A stretch of DNA of 64,000 nt. It comes from Macrostomum lignano (lineage: Eukaryota). The notes beneath the pieces were generated by a model. The model searched no databases, had not been told where the DNA came from, and saw nothing but the letters and a program-made list of their open reading frames with translations. Location: the NCBI GenBank assembly GCA_002269645.1, contig NIVC01001588.1, forward strand, positions 115,204 to 179,203, read 5' to 3'. Position 1 is the first letter of the stretch, and every line of letters starts with the position of its first letter. Shown piece by piece: positions 60,850 to 64,000 of this stretch. The translations under genes and the position numbers were made by a program.

Positions 60850-61160
60850 TCATAGGGCGCGCCTCGATTCCAGGTGGCGAAAGAACGCCACACCGCCGGC
60901 CGAATCCGGGGCGCCGGCGTCAGCCAGCAGGTAGTCGACGAAACGCCGAGTGCGCGCCTTTCCCCTGCCCCCACGGATGATGTAGCCTGCCAGCTGGAGT
61001 CGCCGACGGTGCAACAGGTGGCTTGGACGGACCAGGCCGGCGCGGTGATACAAAGCCGCGTTGGTCACTCATTCGTAGCCGATCTTGAAGGCGCGGCGCG
61101 CAGCAGGCCAGCGTGCGCCGCGTCAACTTGTTTCTCGAGCGACTCCGTAAGCGTCAAATG
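60850..61160 (-). mobile_element. 3' remnant of RTE-like LINE
   Basis: LEKQVDAAHAGLLRAAFKIGYE*VTNAALYHRAG..LLHRRRLQLAGYIIR..GKARTRRFVDYLLADAG; typical post-RT C-terminus with an internal stop. Confidence 0.65.
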
Positions 61161-61775
61161 TACATAAATAAATAAGTAAATGTATAAGGTAAAATTCAAA
61201 CTTTCAAATTCAATTTCAAATTCAAATGTTGCAGAAGGCTTTTTGGAGAACTAAGTACAGAATGATTGCCACAAAAGTGTGGGAGTAATGAAATTTTTAC
61301 TTGAACAAAAATGCATCTATGAGCTACCACATTAGAGCAAAAAATACACGCCTTCCCACTCCAAACACATGGCCCAGCGACCTCAATAGACCCAAAAGCT
61401 GATCTCCGCCACTTTGGCCACTTCAACTTCCATTGTTTTCCAGAAACTGCTTGGCATTCCTCCAACTAAGAGAGCAAGTTGCCCCGGCGGAGAGGGCCTA
61501 AAAGACAGTACGATCAATATGTACTACTAAAATTGACAAATCCGAGGTTAAACAAACTCGGCTCGGTCTCGCTGATGTTTGCTAAAGGCCAAACCAAGGC
61601 CACCGATTAAACGGGCAGATGTTTTTCTTAATCGCGTGTCTGCGTGTTTGCCGAAGAACACGTTGTTTGACGACTTTTGCTGCAGAACCCACAGATGGGA
61701 TAAAGTTCTGCGTGCCCATGTTGTCTGTCGGGAAAATTCTGGAGGTATTTTACACACTAGAGCGGAGTTAAACAG

Positions 61776-63300
61776 TGTGGAACAGAGTGGAACAGAGTGG
61801 AACCGTGTGGAACAGAGTGGAACAGAGTGGAACAGAGTGGAACAGAGTGGAATAGAGTGGAACAGAGTGGAACAGAGTGTGGAACAGAGTGGAACAGTGT
61901 GGAACAGAGTGGAACAGAGTGGAACAGAGTGGAACAGAGTGGAACAGAGTGGAACAGAGTGGAACAGAGTGGAACAGAATGGAACAGAATGGAACAGAGT
62001 GGAACAGAGTGTAACAGAGTGTAACAGAGTGGAACAGAGTGGAACAGAGTGGAACAGAGTGGAACAGAGTGGAACAGAGTGGAACAGAGTGGAACAGAGT
62101 GGAACAGAGTGGAACAGAGTGGAACAGAGTGGAACAGAGTGTGGAACAGAGTGGAACAGAGTGGAACAGAGTGGAACAGAGTGGAACAGAGTGGAACAGA
62201 GTGGAACAGAGTGGAACAGAGTGGAACAGAGTGGAACAGAGTGGAACAGAGTGTGGAACAGAGTGGAACAGAGTGGAACAGAGTGTGGAACAGAGTGGAA
62301 CAGAGTGGAACAGAGTGGAACAGAGTGGAACAGAGTGGAACAGAGTGGAACAGAGTGGAACAGAGTGTGGAACAGAGTGGAACAGAGTGGAACAGAGTGT
62401 GGAACAGAGTGGAACAGAGTGGAACAGAGTGGAACAGAGTGGAACAGAGTGGAACAGAGTGGAACAGAGTGGAACAGAGTGGAACAGAGTGGAACAGAGT
62501 GGAACAGAGTGGAACAGAGTGTGGAACAGAGTGGAACAGAGTGGAACAGAGTGTGGAACAGAGTGGAACAGAGTGGAACAGAGTGGAACAGAGTGGAACA
62601 GAGTGGAACAGAGTGGAACAGAGTGGAACAGAGTGGAACAGAGTGTGGAACAGAGTGGAACAGAGTGGAACAGAGTGTGGAACAGAGTGGAACAGAGTGG
62701 AACAGAGTGTGGAACAGAGTGGAACAGAGTGGAACAGAGTGTGGAACAGAGTGGAACAGAGTGGAACAGAGTGGAACAGAGTGGAACAGAGTGGAACAGA
62801 GTGGAACAGAGTGGAACAGAGTGGAACAGAGTGGAACAGAGTGTGGAACAGAGTGGAACAGAGTGGAACAGAGTGGAACAGAGTGTGGAACAGAGTGGAA
62901 CAGAGTGGAACAGAGTGTGGAACAGAGTGGAACAGAGTGGAACAGAGTGGAACAGAGTGGAACAGAGTGGAACAGAGTGGAACAGAGTGGAACAGAGTGG
63001 AACAGAGTGGAACAGAGTGTGGAACAGAGTGGAACAGAGTGGAACAGAGTGTGGAACAGAGTGGAACAGAGTGGAACAGAGTGTGGAACAGAGTGGAACA
63101 GAGTGGAACAGAGTGTGGAACAGAGTGGAACAGAGTGGAACAGAGTGTGGAACAGAGTGGAACAGAGTGGAACAGAGTGGAACAGAGTGGAACAGAGTGG
63201 AACAGAGTGTGGAACAGAGTGGAACAGAGTGGAACAGAGTGGAACAGAGTGTGGAACAGAGTGGAACAGAATGGAACAGAGTGGAACAGAGTGGAACAGA
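61776..63300 (+). repeat. 10-bp satellite (GGAACAGAGT)n with 12-bp GT-insertion variants
   Basis: About 145 units. Confidence 0.98.
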
Positions 63301-64000
63301 GGAGTGTACTTGTATCTGATGAACTCTAGTTCTACATTAGCGAATGCAGCAATGGAGTGGAATATTAGAGTTAATATTTTATTTGCAGCATGTTCTGCTC
63401 TCCATGGCGTTTCTCAGCTTCTCTCTTCTCTCTATTCTCAAGGGAAATAAATCTAATCAAAAGGAAACTTCATCATTGCTGTTGCACCCATGCCAGTCTG
63501 TTAGTTTAACTGCTGCAAGAGAGCTGCCCTGATGAGGTACAACACATGAGATCGAGCAGCTTCATCATTCCAGTGATTCGCACAGCTTCTTAGAATGAGC
63601 CAGTGATTGGTTGGTGCCATGCAGTTGTTGAATGCAAGGAAAGTTTTATAGCGATGGCAATAGCATTGCTCTTTGTATATAGTGTTTTCTGTAATTAGCT
63701 GATATGCTATTATATTTTAAAGCATAAAAATTATTCTAGAAAATATGCAGGTTTTGCTAGTCCAAATAATTGCGTTTAATTAATGTTTTGGTGTAGAAAC
63801 GTCGTTAAAAGAATTAATCATGCATAAAATCGCTAACTATGCATATAAATAAACAGTCATGTGAAACATTCGTGCCTGTGCAAAGAGCTGCTGAATGTTG
63901 GTGAATGTTTGTATAGGAGAAATGATTCTGCCCGAGTAATGATGTCTGTTGCTAAGGGATTCCCCAGTTGTGCGGTATCTGTTGCTTAAAGGATTCCCCA

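Noticed and set aside
61776-63300. Telomeric or interstitial telomeric repeat
   Set aside because: The 10-bp unit does not resemble TTAGGG-type repeats, and unique sequence follows.
61579-63450. 623-aa ORF and the two 426-aa ORFs
   Set aside because: They are translations of the (GGAACAGAGT)n satellite, whose plus-strand frames lack stop codons; no evidence of a protein.

Overview
Eukaryotic (animal) genomic DNA. GC-rich exons with poly-Gln/Ala runs and minisatellite-filled introns suggest a free-living flatworm such as Macrostomum; this organism call is inference. Three conserved host genes lie on the minus strand and were reconstructed exon by exon: RNF8 (FHA, coiled coil, RING), SDHB and CEP162. 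The 11-kb last intron of CEP162 holds a CACTA/EnSpm element with a nested mariner, a DIRS/Ngaro tyrosine-recombinase 3' end, a Penelope-like RT/GIY-YIG element with a minimal hammerhead ribozyme motif, and an intact, intronless, secreted sphingomyelinase D/phospholipase D toxin-family gene with a 10-Cys tail on the opposite strand. Between SDHB and CEP162 lie a 10.3-kb inverted repeat (4.3-kb arms), a deleted Ngaro gag-RT element, a predicted two-exon orphan Cys-rich gene and an internally deleted cytochrome P450. A tRNA-headed SINE family, a hAT MITE, LINE remnants and many tandem repeats are also present. No CRISPR, rRNA or genuine tRNA genes were found.
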